From assembly GCA_017560765.1 (NCBI GenBank), contig JAFZEI010000015.1:397-64396 (forward strand): a DNA stretch of 64,000 nt. The letters are read 5' to 3'. The notes under the pieces were generated by a model that made no database searches, had not been told where the DNA came from, and was given only the letters and a program-made list of their open reading frames with translations. The position numbers and the translations under genes are program-made. Origin of the DNA: Clostridia bacterium. GTDB lineage: Bacteria > Bacillota > Clostridia > UBA1212 > UBA1255. This document shows positions 54,732 through 64,000 of this stretch, piece by piece. Within the stretch, counting starts at the first letter, position 1; every line of letters begins with the position of its first letter.

Positions 54732-57700
54732 TTAATCTTCGTCAGGTTCATTACTATCGTCAAGATAGATATTACCATCTACAACATCGTATTGCTCTTC
54801 AACAGAAACTTCTGTATCTGCATCCTCTGCAACAACTTCATCTGTTACTTCAACGTAATCTTCCTCTTTTAACTCTTCTCCCGGCTTTCTTTGAAGAGCC
54901 TCCACATCAATCTCGATATCTTTATAACGGCTCATACCTGTACCGGCAGGAATAAGTTTACCGATAATAACGTTTTCTTTAAGACCAAGAAGCGGATCTC
55001 TCTTACTCTTAATAGCCGCCTCAGTAAGAACTCTTGTAGTTTCTTGGAAGGAGGCTGCTGAAAGGAAAGATTCTGTTGCAAGAGATGCCTTTGTAATACC
55101 AAGAAGTGTTCTGCTTCCTGTAGCCTCTTTCTTGCCCTCTGCTGCCATTTTTTCATTTTCAATATTAAATGTTGTAATATCAACCATGCTACCCGGCAAA
55201 AGTGAAGTATCTCCTACATCGTCAACTTTAATTTTGCGGAGCATTTGTCTTACAATTACCTCGATATGACGGTCGTTAATTTTAACACCCTGCATATTGT
55301 ACACTTTTTGTACTTCTTCAATGATGTAATTTTGTACGCCGGTCACACCAACAACTTTTAATATATCATGAGGATTAATGGATCCTCCGACAAGCATATC
55401 GCCCTTCTTGATAAAATCTCCATCTTTTACACGAAGGTTTGTACCCATTACAAATGAATATGTTGCTGACATACCATCCTCAGAAGTAACCGTAACTTCA
55501 CGCTTTTTACCGGAATCATTAATAGAAACAGTACCGTCAAGTTCGGAAATAGTTGCATTTCCTTTTGGTTTTCTTGCCTCGAACAACTCTTCAACTCTCG
55601 GAAGACCTTGAGTGATATCGTCCGCTGTAGCAACACCACCCGTATGGAATGTACGCATGGTAAGCTGTGTACCGGGCTCACCGATTGATTGAGCAGCAAT
55701 GATACCAACTGCATCACCCACATTACACTCTTCGTTTGTTGCAAGGTTAGAACCATAACACTTAGCACAAACACCATGCTTACACTTACAAGTAAGAACT
55801 GAGCGAATTTTCACAGTTGTATGACCTGCGGCAACAATCTTTTCAGCAAGTTCCTCTGTAATCAATGTGTCGCGGTCAGCGAGAATTTCACCTGTGCTTG
55901 GGTCAACAATGGTTTCAGCCGGATAACGTCCGGAAATACGTGCAGCCAACGGAACAATAGGTCCTTGCTCCTTTGCGTCCGGATTTTCTATAGCAGAAAT
56001 TTCTATATGATCCTCTGTGCCGCAATCATGCTCACGAATAATTACCTCTTGGCTGACATCAACAAGACGTCTTGTCAAATAACCTGAGTCAGCTGTTCTA
56101 AGAGCCGTATCTGACAATGTTTTTCTTGTACCGTGGCTGGAGATAAAGAACTCCAATACGTCAAGACCTTCACGGAAGTTTGCCTTAATCGGGATTTCGA
56201 TAGACTTACCTGATGTATCTGTCATAAGACCACGCATACCTGCAAGCTGCTTAATCTGGTTAATGTTACCTCTGGCTCCTGAATCACTCATCATATTAAT
56301 CGGGTTATATTCACCCATGTTCTTTTTGAGGATTGCAGTAAGCTTTTCTATTGTCTCTGTCCAAGCTTTAATAACATTGTTATAACGCTCTTCTTCTGTG
56401 ATAAGACCTCTTCTGTATTGTTTTACAATCTTATCAACCAATTTATCTGTCTCATCAATGAGCTGTTGTTTTTCGGGAGGAACAATAATATCCTCAATAC
56501 CTACTGTAATAGCACCTTTTGTAGAGAATTTATATCCCAATGCCTTAATTTTATCAAGTACAACTGCTGTCTCGGTAATACCGTGAACCTTAATACATTT
56601 ATCAAGAATTTCACCCAATGTACCTTTTTTTACCAACTTGTCGATTTCAAGAACGAGAGCATTTTCTCTCTTTGTTCTATCAACAAATCCCAAATCCTGA
56701 GGAATAGCATCGTTAAAAATCAACTTACCTATTGTTGTATTTATACGCTGAGTAATAGGTTCGCCCTCAAACTCACCAAATCTTCTTACAATAATAGCTG
56801 TATGCAAGTCGATTTGTCCGATATCATATGCCATCTTAGCTTCGTCATACGAAGCGAAAACAGGAGCATTTGTATAATCTTTATTTTTATTAAGTGTCAA
56901 ATAATAACTACCGAGAACCATATCCTGTGTAGGAACTGTAATCGGTTTACCATCCTTAGGAGCAAGCAAATTGTTTGCGGAAAGCATAAGAACTCTTGCC
57001 TCTGCCTGTGCCTCTGCTGAAAGAGGTACGTGAACAGCCATCTGGTCTCCGTCAAAGTCAGCATTGTACGCTGTACATACCAACGGATGCAAACGAAGAG
57101 CACGACCTTCAACGAGAACAGGTTCAAAAGCCTGAATACCAAGACGGTGAAGTGTAGGCGCACGGTTCAAAAGAACAGGATGCTCCTTGATAATATCTTC
57201 AAGAATATCCCATACCTCCGGACGAACACGATCAACCATTTTACGTGCACTCTTAACATTCAAAGCCTTACCGTCATTAACAAGTTTTCTCATAACAAAA
57301 GGCTTAAACAACTCAAGCGCCATTTCTTTAGGAAGTCCGCACTGGTAAATCTTAAGCTCAGGACCTACGACAATAACGCTACGTCCTGAATAGTCAACAC
57401 GTTTACCGAGAAGGTTTTGACGGAAACGTCCCTGCTTACCGCGAAGCATATCTGACAAAGACTTAAGAGGTCTTGTGTTAGGTCCCGTAACAGGACGTCC
57501 TCTTCTGCCATTATCAAGCAAAGCATCAACAGCCTCCTGGAGCATTCTCTTTTCGTTTCTTACAATGATATCGGGAGCTCTTAATTCTTTAAGTCTCTTT
57601 AATCTGTTGTTTCTGTTAATAACACGTCTGTAAAGATCGTTAAGGTCAGATGTTGCAAATCTGCCACCTTCCAACTGTACCATCGGACGAAGATCCGGTG

Positions 57701-58439
57701 GGATTACAGGCACTACGGAAAGTACCATCCACTCCGGCTTATTGTGAGATTGACGAAAAGCTTCTACAACTTCAAGTCTCTTTATGAGACGCATTTTCTT
57801 TTGGCTTATTGTCTGTCCGCCTTTTTCTTTCTCAACATCAGTAAGATGATCAACTTCTTCTCTTAATTCTACAGAAAGTTTCTCAAGGTCAACTTCTGAC
57901 AAAAGCTTTTGAATAGCCTCTGCACCCATCTGAGCTGTAAAGCTTTGATAACCATACTGATTTACAGCATCTCTGAACTCACGTTCTGACAAAACCTGTT
58001 TGTATTCAAGTGCCGTTGTGCCGGGGTCAGTTACGATATATGCTGCGAAATAGAGAACCTTTTCCAATGAACGAGGAGCCATGTCCAAAATCAAGCCCAT
58101 TCTGCTGGGGATTCCTCTAAAGAACCAAATATGTGATACAGGAGCTGCAAGCTCTATGTGACCCATTCTTGTTCTTCTTACCTTTGAACTTGTAACCTCA
58201 ACGCCACACTTATCACAAACTATTCCTCTATATCTGTTTTTCTTATATTTACCGCAATGACATTCGCCATCCTTTGTGGGTCCAAATATTTTTTCACAGA
58301 AAAGACCGTCTTTCTCGGGTTTAAGAGTTCTGTAGTTAATTGTTTCCGGCTTCTTAACCTCTCCGTGAGACCATTTTAAAATTGTCTCCGGTGATGCAAG
58401 GCCAATCTGTATTGAATCAAAATTATTAAAATCTATCAC
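54732..58439 (-). CDS. rpoC: DNA-directed RNA polymerase subunit beta-prime
   Basis: [12 protein letters not shown] catalytic motif and a zinc-binding CHCGKY...CDKCG. GTG start with AAGGAG 8 nt upstream. Acidic C-terminal tail. Confidence 0.99.
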   Translation of the reverse strand: MIDFNNFDSIQIGLASPETILKWSHGEVKKPETINYRTLKPEKDGLFCEKIFGPTKDGECHCGKYKKNRYRGIVCDKCGVEVTSSKVRRTRMGHIELAAPVSHIWFFRGIPSRMGLILDMAPRSLEKVLYFAAYIVTDPGTTALEYKQVLSEREFRDAVNQYGYQSFTAQMGAEAIQKLLSEVDLEKLSVELREEVDHLTDVEKEKGGQTISQKKMRLIKRLEVVEAFRQSHNKPEWMVLSVVPVIPPDLRPMVQLEGGRFATSDLNDLYRRVINRNNRLKRLKELRAPDIIVRNEKRMLQEAVDALLDNGRRGRPVTGPNTRPLKSLSDMLRGKQGRFRQNLLGKRVDYSGRSVIVVGPELKIYQCGLPKEMALELFKPFVMRKLVNDGKALNVKSARKMVDRVRPEVWDILEDIIKEHPVLLNRAPTLHRLGIQAFEPVLVEGRALRLHPLVCTAYNADFDGDQMAVHVPLSAEAQAEARVLMLSANNLLAPKDGKPITVPTQDMVLGSYYLTLNKNKDYTNAPVFASYDEAKMAYDIGQIDLHTAIIVRRFGEFEGEPITQRINTTIGKLIFNDAIPQDLGFVDRTKRENALVLEIDKLVKKGTLGEILDKCIKVHGITETAVVLDKIKALGYKFSTKGAITVGIEDIIVPPEKQQLIDETDKLVDKIVKQYRRGLITEEERYNNVIKAWTETIEKLTAILKKNMGEYNPINMMSDSGARGNINQIKQLAGMRGLMTDTSGKSIEIPIKANFREGLDVLEFFISSHGTRKTLSDTALRTADSGYLTRRLVDVSQEVIIREHDCGTEDHIEISAIENPDAKEQGPIVPLAARISGRYPAETIVDPSTGEILADRDTLITEELAEKIVAAGHTTVKIRSVLTCKCKHGVCAKCYGSNLATNEECNVGDAVGIIAAQSIGEPGTQLTMRTFHTGGVATADDITQGLPRVEELFEARKPKGNATISELDGTVSINDSGKKREVTVTSEDGMSATYSFVMGTNLRVKDGDFIKKGDMLVGGSINPHDILKVVGVTGVQNYIIEEVQKVYNMQGVKINDRHIEVIVRQMLRKIKVDDVGDTSLLPGSMVDITTFNIENEKMAAEGKKEATGSRTLLGITKASLATESFLSAASFQETTRVLTEAAIKSKRDPLLGLKENVIIGKLIPAGTGMSRYKDIEIDVEALQRKPGEELKEEDYVEVTDEVVAEDADTEVSVEEQYDVVDGNIYLDDSNEPDED

Positions 58440-58461
58440 TGTCTACACTCCTTACTCCGCA

Positions 58462-61400
58462 TTATTCCGAATCGGTATCGCCTGAAATTCCTACGAAAAC
58501 GTCAGCATCCAAAGCTGTACCCTCTTCGTCGAAATCCCCAACTGCAACATCGACAGTATCATCAAAATCGTCATCATGGAGAACATCTTCCTGTGTATCG
58601 ATGTCGTTGCCCATAAATATTGCACCTGACTCATCTGTAAAAGTCTGGAAATCAGGATTATATACATCCTTCTTTGTTCTGTACTTTTCAGGATTCTTAA
58701 TATAGTCTTCTTCTGCTTCCTTAAGCGGAATTTCTGTATTATCGTCAGTAAAGATACGAACATCAAGAGCCAAACTCTGAAGTTCTTTTACCAATACCTT
58801 AAATGACTCAGGTATACCCGGCTCAGGAACGTTCTCTCCTTTTACAATTGCTTCGTATGTTTTTACACGACCGATAGTGTCATCTGACTTAATTGTAAGA
58901 ATCTCTTGCAATGTATAAGCTGCACCATAAGCCTCCAAAGCCCAAACCTCCATCTCACCGAAACGCTGTCCGCCGAATTGTGCCTTACCACCCAAAGGTT
59001 GCTGTGTTACCAAAGAGTAAGGACCTGTTGAACGTGCGTGGATCTTATCGTCAACCAAGTGATGGAGTTTAAGGTAGTACATATAACCAACGGTTACAGG
59101 ATTGTCAAAAGGCTCACCTGTACGTCCGTCATAAAGTGTTGTCTTACCATCGGGACTCTTTCCTGCTAATTTAAGAGTTTCAATGATGTCATGCTCTGAC
59201 GCACCGTCAAATACAGGCGTAGCAATCTTCCAGCCTAAAGCTTTTGCAGCATAACCCAAATGCACTTCAAGAACCTGACCGATATTCATACGAGAAGGAA
59301 CGCCCAAAGGATTCAATACGATTTCCAATGGTGTACCGTCAGGAAGGAAAGGCATATCTTCCTCAGGAAGAATTCTTGAAATAACACCCTTGTTACCATG
59401 ACGTCCGGCCATTTTATCACCAACAGAAAGTTTTCTCTTCTGTGCAATATAAACTCTTACCATACGGTTAACGCCGGGAGAAAGTTCATCATCATTTTCG
59501 CGAGTAAATTCTTTAACATCAACAACGATACCTGACTCTCCATGAGGAACCTTCAACGAAGTGTCTCTAACGTCTCTGGATTTTTCACCGAAAATTGCAC
59601 GGAGCAAGCGCTCTTCTGCTGTAAGCTCAGTCTCACCCTTCGGAGTTACTTTACCTACAAGAATATCTCCTGCGTGAACCTCAGAACCAACAATAATTAC
59701 ACCGTTAGGATCAAGCATCTTCAATGCATCTTCGCCCACGTGCGGAATCTCAGCTGTAATTTCTTCGGGTCCCAGCTTTGTATCTCTTGCTTCACACTCA
59801 TATTCCTCTATATGAATAGAAGTGTATATATCTTCTTTAACTAACTTTTCACTAATAAGAACGGCATCCTCGTAGTTGTAACCTTCCCAAGTCATAAAGC
59901 CAATCAATGCATTGTGACCCAAGGCAATTTCTCCCTTGTCTGTAGAAGGACCATCTGCAATTACATCTCCTGCTTTTACTTCCTGTCCAAATGTTACAAC
60001 CGGCTTTTGATTAATACATGTGCCCTGATTTGAACGCATATATTTAAGCAGTGTATATTTATCCTCTGTGCCATCTTCTCTTCTGATAGTGATATATTTA
60101 CCGGTTACATCTGTTACAACACCATCATATTTTGAAAGTACAACAGCTCCGGAATCTCTTGCAGCCTTGTACTCAATACCGGTAGCAACGATAGGTGCCT
60201 CAGAACGCATAAGCGGTACTGCCTGACGCTGCATGTTAGAACCCATAAGCGCACGGCTGGCGTCGTCGTTTTCAAGGAACGGAATCATTGCAGCTGCAAC
60301 TGATACAACCTGCTTAGGTGATACGTCCATGTAATCTACGCGTTCGCCTTCAATTTCAAGGAATTCATCGCGGAAACGGCAAACAACTTTACGATTCATA
60401 AAGTGTCCTTCTTCATCCAAAGGCTCATTTGCCTGAGCAACAATATATTTATCCTCTTCATCAGCCATAAGATAGTCAATCTTGTCTGTAACACGCTTTG
60501 TAATAGGATCATACTTTCTATACGGAGCTTCAATGAAACCGTACTCATTGATTCTCGCGTATGTACTTAGCGAGCCAATCAAACCGATATTAGGACCTTC
60601 CGGTGTCTCAATAGGACACATACGACCATAGTGTGAATAGTGTACGTCACGTACATCAAACGTAGCTCTTTCACGATTAAGACCTCCGGGACCCAAGGCA
60701 CTGAGTCTTCTCTTATTGGCAAGCTCTGCCAACGGGTTTGTCTGATCCATAAATTGTGACAACTGGCTGGAACCAAAGAACTCTTTAATTGCTGCTGTCA
60801 CAGGTCTCGTATTAATGAGCGCTTGCGGTGTAACAACATCCTTTTCTTGCATTGCCATACGCTCGCGTACAATTCTCTCCATTCTGGAAAGACCAATACG
60901 AACTTGATTTTGGAGAAGCTCTCCTACCGAACGGATTCTTCTATTGCCCAAATGGTCTATATCATCTGTCTTGCCCAAATCGTACTGAAGATTTAATATA
61001 TAGCTAAATGACGACAAAATATCATCAAGTGTAAGATGCTTCGGTTGGAGATCGTTTACTCTCTCTTCGATTAATTTTTTAAGAACCTCTTCATCTCCCT
61101 CAGCTGCTTCTAAAATCTCGCTGAGTACCGTGAAGTTTACTCTCTCCGTGATACCTAATTCCTTAACATCAAATGTAACGTATTTAGTAATATCAACTGT
61201 GTTATTACCTCTAACTTTAACAGGTCTGTAAGGAGTATTTATTATAACAACATTTACGCCGCTGTCTTGGATTTCTACAGCCTTCTCCTCTGTCAAAACT
61301 TCACCTGCTGATGCAATAACCTCACCTGTACTTGTATTAATAACATCTGCAGCAAGTGTCTTTCCTGTAATCTGTGAGAACAGAGAAAGCTTTTTATTAA

Positions 61401-62277
61401 ATTTATAACGACCCACTTTTGCCAAATCATATCTCTTTGCATCAAAGAACATACCATAAAGCAATGACTTTGCATTCTCTACCAAAGCAGGCTCTCCGGG
61501 ACGAAGTTTCTTATATATCTCAAGTAAAGCAGAATCTGTATCTTTTGTTACATCCTTAAGGAATGTGTTTAAAAGACGCTCATCAATAAGATCCTCGTCT
61601 ATGCCCTCTGCAAACTCAGGTGCGAGCTCGTCCTTTGATATTGCAAATAAATTTTGAATATCAACATTATCACTGTATCCGAAAGCACGCAGGAGAATAG
61701 TTGCGGGAATTTTTCTGTTTCTGTCAATTCTTACATAAATGACATCACTAAAATCAATTTCTGTTTCGAGCCATGCGCCTCTGTTAGGAATAAGTGTAGA
61801 AGCAGTGATATACTTGCCCTTTGTTTTGTCGTAATTTTTCTCAAAATACGCACCGGGGGAACGCACCAACTGGCTCACGATAACACGCTCAGCACCATTC
61901 ATAATAAATGTGCCGTTTTCTGTCATACGGGGAAGTTCACCAAAATAGAGAACATCCTCTTTTATGATGCCCGTTTCTTTGTCAACAACGCGCACACGCA
62001 CCTTTAAGGGCGAAGCATACGTTGCATCTCTTTCTTTACACTCTTCAATTGAATAGTTTGTTTTATTTTCGAGATAATAATCTACGAATTCCAACATCAA
62101 ATTTCCCGAGTAATCGGTGATTGGGGAAATATCCTTAAAGACTTCTTTCAAACCTTCGTCCAAAAAGTGCTGATATGAACTTTTCTGAACAGCAATCAGG
62201 TTTGGCATATCAAGAATTTCCTGTATTCTTGAATAGCTTTTTCTTTCACTCTGACCGTACATTACCGAATGCACCAT
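58462..62277 (-). CDS. rpoB: DNA-directed RNA polymerase subunit beta
   Basis: Full-length RpoB pattern ([13 protein letters not shown] rifampicin cluster I region, [13 protein letters not shown]). Acidic C-terminal extension of about 90 aa. Confidence 0.99.
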   Translation of the reverse strand: MVHSVMYGQSERKSYSRIQEILDMPNLIAVQKSSYQHFLDEGLKEVFKDISPITDYSGNLMLEFVDYYLENKTNYSIEECKERDATYASPLKVRVRVVDKETGIIKEDVLYFGELPRMTENGTFIMNGAERVIVSQLVRSPGAYFEKNYDKTKGKYITASTLIPNRGAWLETEIDFSDVIYVRIDRNRKIPATILLRAFGYSDNVDIQNLFAISKDELAPEFAEGIDEDLIDERLLNTFLKDVTKDTDSALLEIYKKLRPGEPALVENAKSLLYGMFFDAKRYDLAKVGRYKFNKKLSLFSQITGKTLAADVINTSTGEVIASAGEVLTEEKAVEIQDSGVNVVIINTPYRPVKVRGNNTVDITKYVTFDVKELGITERVNFTVLSEILEAAEGDEEVLKKLIEERVNDLQPKHLTLDDILSSFSYILNLQYDLGKTDDIDHLGNRRIRSVGELLQNQVRIGLSRMERIVRERMAMQEKDVVTPQALINTRPVTAAIKEFFGSSQLSQFMDQTNPLAELANKRRLSALGPGGLNRERATFDVRDVHYSHYGRMCPIETPEGPNIGLIGSLSTYARINEYGFIEAPYRKYDPITKRVTDKIDYLMADEEDKYIVAQANEPLDEEGHFMNRKVVCRFRDEFLEIEGERVDYMDVSPKQVVSVAAAMIPFLENDDASRALMGSNMQRQAVPLMRSEAPIVATGIEYKAARDSGAVVLSKYDGVVTDVTGKYITIRREDGTEDKYTLLKYMRSNQGTCINQKPVVTFGQEVKAGDVIADGPSTDKGEIALGHNALIGFMTWEGYNYEDAVLISEKLVKEDIYTSIHIEEYECEARDTKLGPEEITAEIPHVGEDALKMLDPNGVIIVGSEVHAGDILVGKVTPKGETELTAEERLLRAIFGEKSRDVRDTSLKVPHGESGIVVDVKEFTRENDDELSPGVNRMVRVYIAQKRKLSVGDKMAGRHGNKGVISRILPEEDMPFLPDGTPLEIVLNPLGVPSRMNIGQVLEVHLGYAAKALGWKIATPVFDGASEHDIIETLKLAGKSPDGKTTLYDGRTGEPFDNPVTVGYMYYLKLHHLVDDKIHARSTGPYSLVTQQPLGGKAQFGGQRFGEMEVWALEAYGAAYTLQEILTIKSDDTIGRVKTYEAIVKGENVPEPGIPESFKVLVKELQSLALDVRIFTDDNTEIPLKEAEEDYIKNPEKYRTKKDVYNPDFQTFTDESGAIFMGNDIDTQEDVLHDDDFDDTVDVAVGDFDEEGTALDADVFVGISGDTDSE

Positions 62278-62554
62278 AATTGATAATCACCTCATATTTT
62301 TTTCCTGCTAACAGCGTATAAGACATGCCCCTCAAAACTACCGCAAACTCCCATTGTACGCTGTAGAAGCTCGTGTTATAATCCCTCTTGTAATGTTCAT
62401 AAAAAATTCATATCCACAAGATGTAGTATGTGAAATTTTTAGACAACAAGACATGGCTGTAGTCCTTGCGAGATTACAACGCAGTTTGTTACTTTATCAT
62501 ATTTCTGTCAATATGTCAACATATTTTTGCGACTCATTTCAGAGAGGGTTAAAT

Positions 62555-62591
62555 AAAAAAGTAAATTCCAGTTTAAGCGGAATTTACTTTT
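62555..62591. terminator. Orphan terminator-like hairpin between rpoB leader and IS30 element
   Basis: GTAAATTCC-agtttaagc-GGAATTTAC. The minus-strand tail is TTTTTTATTT and the plus-strand tail is TTTT. No minus-strand gene remains upstream of it in the window. Confidence 0.5.
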
Positions 62592-64000
62592 ACATCACAT
62601 TCTTTATGGTGTATTATCTATGTACCTCTCGTTCGCAGTAGAAATGAGGTATATATGGCTAAAAAAATACAAACTAATCAAAAACACTTGACACAGGACG
62701 ACAGAGTTACTATCGAAAAGTGTTTGGATGCAAAAACAACGCTGTGTCATATTGCACAAGAACTCGGAAAGGACCCTACTACTATTGCTAAAGAAATCAA
62801 AAAACATCGAACATTTCAACAGCATAACACTTTCAATGACAAGCCAAACCGTTGTGCATTAGCACCATCTTGTCACAGAAAAAATCTTTGTGAGATATTT
62901 GCTCCCATATGCAAAAAAGAATGCAAATATTGCCCGCGATGTCATAAACACTGTCCAGATTTTATTCCCTATGATTACCATTGTAAACTTACAGATAAAG
63001 CACCTTATGTTTGCAATGGTTGCCAGAAGAAAGCCCAATGTCGCTTAGATAAATATTTTTATCGGGCAACAAAAGCACAAAAGGAATACAAAACCATACT
63101 TTCAGAATCCAGAACAGGCATAAATCTTTCAGAAGAAGAATTGACTCTTCTGGACGAAACTATCAGTCCTCTAGTTCTGCAAGGACAATCTGTTTACATG
63201 ATACTTCAAAATCATCCCGAAATTACTTTGTGCGAAAAAACGATTTACAACTACATCGATTCGGGAGTTTTATCTGTAGGCAATCTTGAACTTCCTAAAA
63301 AGGTAAAATACAAAGTGCGTAAATCTCACGAAACTACAATAAATGATTCAGGCATTTTCGTCGGACGTACATACAAAGATTTTCTCGCTTTTATCAAAGA
63401 AAATCACGATATACGCATTACCGAAATGGATACTGTTTTAGGATGCGAAGGTAGCAAAAAGCTTCTCTTAACATTGCATTTTGGCGAGACCAATTTTATG
63501 ATGGCGTATCTTTTAGACTCAAAAGAAGCACGTGGTATAGAAGCTGTTTTCGATAGTATTAATTCCGCCCTCGGAACGCCTCTATTCTACAAATCAATGC
63601 CTGTAATACTCACAGACAGAGGTGGGGAATTTCGCCATCCCGACACACTTGAATGCAGCGTGGATAATTTAATCAGAACAAGTGTTTTTTATTGTGATCC
63701 TATGTCTTCGTGGCAGAAACCACATTGTGAAAAGAACCACGAATATATACGCAAAATCTGTCCGCAAGGCAAAACCTCTTTCGACAGATTAACACAAGAA
63801 GATGTAAATCTTATGATGAGTCACATTAACAGTTCATGCAGAGAAAGCCTCGGAGGTTTATCTCCTTTTGCTCTTGCAAAACTAATGTTACCAAAAGAAT
63901 TATTGTCATTTTTCAATTTAACGGAAATTCCTCCTGATGACATTATTCTTACGCCAAAGCTCTTAAAGGGTAAAATCGAAGTATGAATAAAAAATCACAG
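62592..64000 (+). mobile_element. IS30-family insertion sequence (left boundary approximate; right end at or beyond the window edge)
   Basis: Contains the IS30-type transposase ORF starting about 60 nt after the hairpin. The ends are not defined because no inverted repeat pair could be found inside the window. Confidence 0.6.
62655..63986 (+). CDS. IS30-family DDE transposase with a Cys-rich insert between the HTH and catalytic regions
   Basis: N-terminal HTH (LTQDDRVTIEKCLDAKTTLCHIAQELGKDPTTIAKEIKKH). Cys-rich block (CHRKNLC...CKKECKYCPRCHKHC...CNGCQKKAQC). DDE-type core (ITEMDTV, LTDRGGEF, KNHEYIRK). RBS is GAGG. Confidence 0.85.
   Translation: MAKKIQTNQKHLTQDDRVTIEKCLDAKTTLCHIAQELGKDPTTIAKEIKKHRTFQQHNTFNDKPNRCALAPSCHRKNLCEIFAPICKKECKYCPRCHKHCPDFIPYDYHCKLTDKAPYVCNGCQKKAQCRLDKYFYRATKAQKEYKTILSESRTGINLSEEELTLLDETISPLVLQGQSVYMILQNHPEITLCEKTIYNYIDSGVLSVGNLELPKKVKYKVRKSHETTINDSGIFVGRTYKDFLAFIKENHDIRITEMDTVLGCEGSKKLLLTLHFGETNFMMAYLLDSKEARGIEAVFDSINSALGTPLFYKSMPVILTDRGGEFRHPDTLECSVDNLIRTSVFYCDPMSSWQKPHCEKNHEYIRKICPQGKTSFDRLTQEDVNLMMSHINSSCRESLGGLSPFALAKLMLPKELLSFFNLTEIPPDDIILTPKLLKGKIEV

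Noticed and set aside
56418-57020. 200-aa plus-strand ORF within rpoC
   Set aside because: It is antisense to rpoC, rich in Cys/Asn/Ile/Leu, and has no start context.
62354-62641. 95-aa plus-strand ORF in the rpoB upstream region
   Set aside because: It has no RBS, runs through the terminator-like hairpin and the probable rpoB promoter, and has no recognisable domain. It is more likely non-coding leader or IS-flank.
63961-64000. Search for the IS30 right inverted repeat against 62592-62654
   Set aside because: Only a 6-nt direct match (ATCACA) was found and there is no inverted complementarity. The right end is probably beyond the window, so no IR or target duplication is claimed.
1-64000. 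Looked for tRNA/rRNA genes, CRISPR arrays, prophage modules, toxin-antitoxin pairs and known defence-system genes
   Set aside because: None was recognised. All intergenic regions are 377 nt or shorter and are accounted for by promoters, terminators or leaders. The only clearly mobile gene is the IS30 transposase. A computational scan (tRNAscan, Infernal, DefenseFinder/PADLOC) would be needed to exclude them formally.

Overview
The window is a chromosomal segment from a low-GC, spore-forming Firmicute. The class Clostridia is suggested by spmA/spmB, abrB, mecA and tatD-yabE-rsmA synteny. A cohesin-like domain hints at a Ruminococcaceae/Oscillospiraceae-type organism, but that is inference only. 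About 50 genes are present and nearly all are on the minus strand.

Main blocks, left to right:
- 1-536: 5' part of a secreted thioester-domain-like adhesin gene, followed by a DUF1540 gene.
- 1.1-6.8 kb: pck(GTP), rsmA, yabE-like, tatD and an acyl-ACP thioesterase.
- 6.9-15.4 kb: a giant cyclic beta-1,2-glucan synthase (Cgs/ChvB/NdvB type) split into two reading frames at the GH94 boundary, preceded by a CE4 deacetylase.
- 15.5-34.7 kb: a 19-kb, 18-gene Wzx/Wzy-type polysaccharide operon. It contains a bacillosamine-like module, an MBL/ATP-grasp/SDR cassette, LicC/LicD/phosphodiesterase genes, ManNAcA and GlcA precursor genes, and deoC as the last gene.
- 34.8-36.2 kb: a dtxR-like regulator and mecA.
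- 36.3-42.2 kb: an rpiB-tktN-tktC-nifJ operon.
- 42.3-45.7 kb: a small surface protein, a hypothetical gene, spmAB and abrB.
- 45.8-62.3 kb: the rpoB-rpoC / rpsL-rpsG-fusA-tuf region. It is interrupted by a self-contained transcription unit encoding a 1378-aa multidomain secreted protein.
- 62.6-64.0 kb: an IS30-family element upstream of rpoB.

I saw no rRNA, tRNA, CRISPR array, prophage or recognisable defence genes.

The candidates most worth follow-up are the split Cgs, the uncharacterised amino-sugar tailoring cassette, the insertion inside the rpoBC/str cluster, and a terminator hairpin that doubles as a Shine-Dalgarno sequence.

All functional calls come from motif and architecture recognition by eye. 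No database search or HMM scan was possible.
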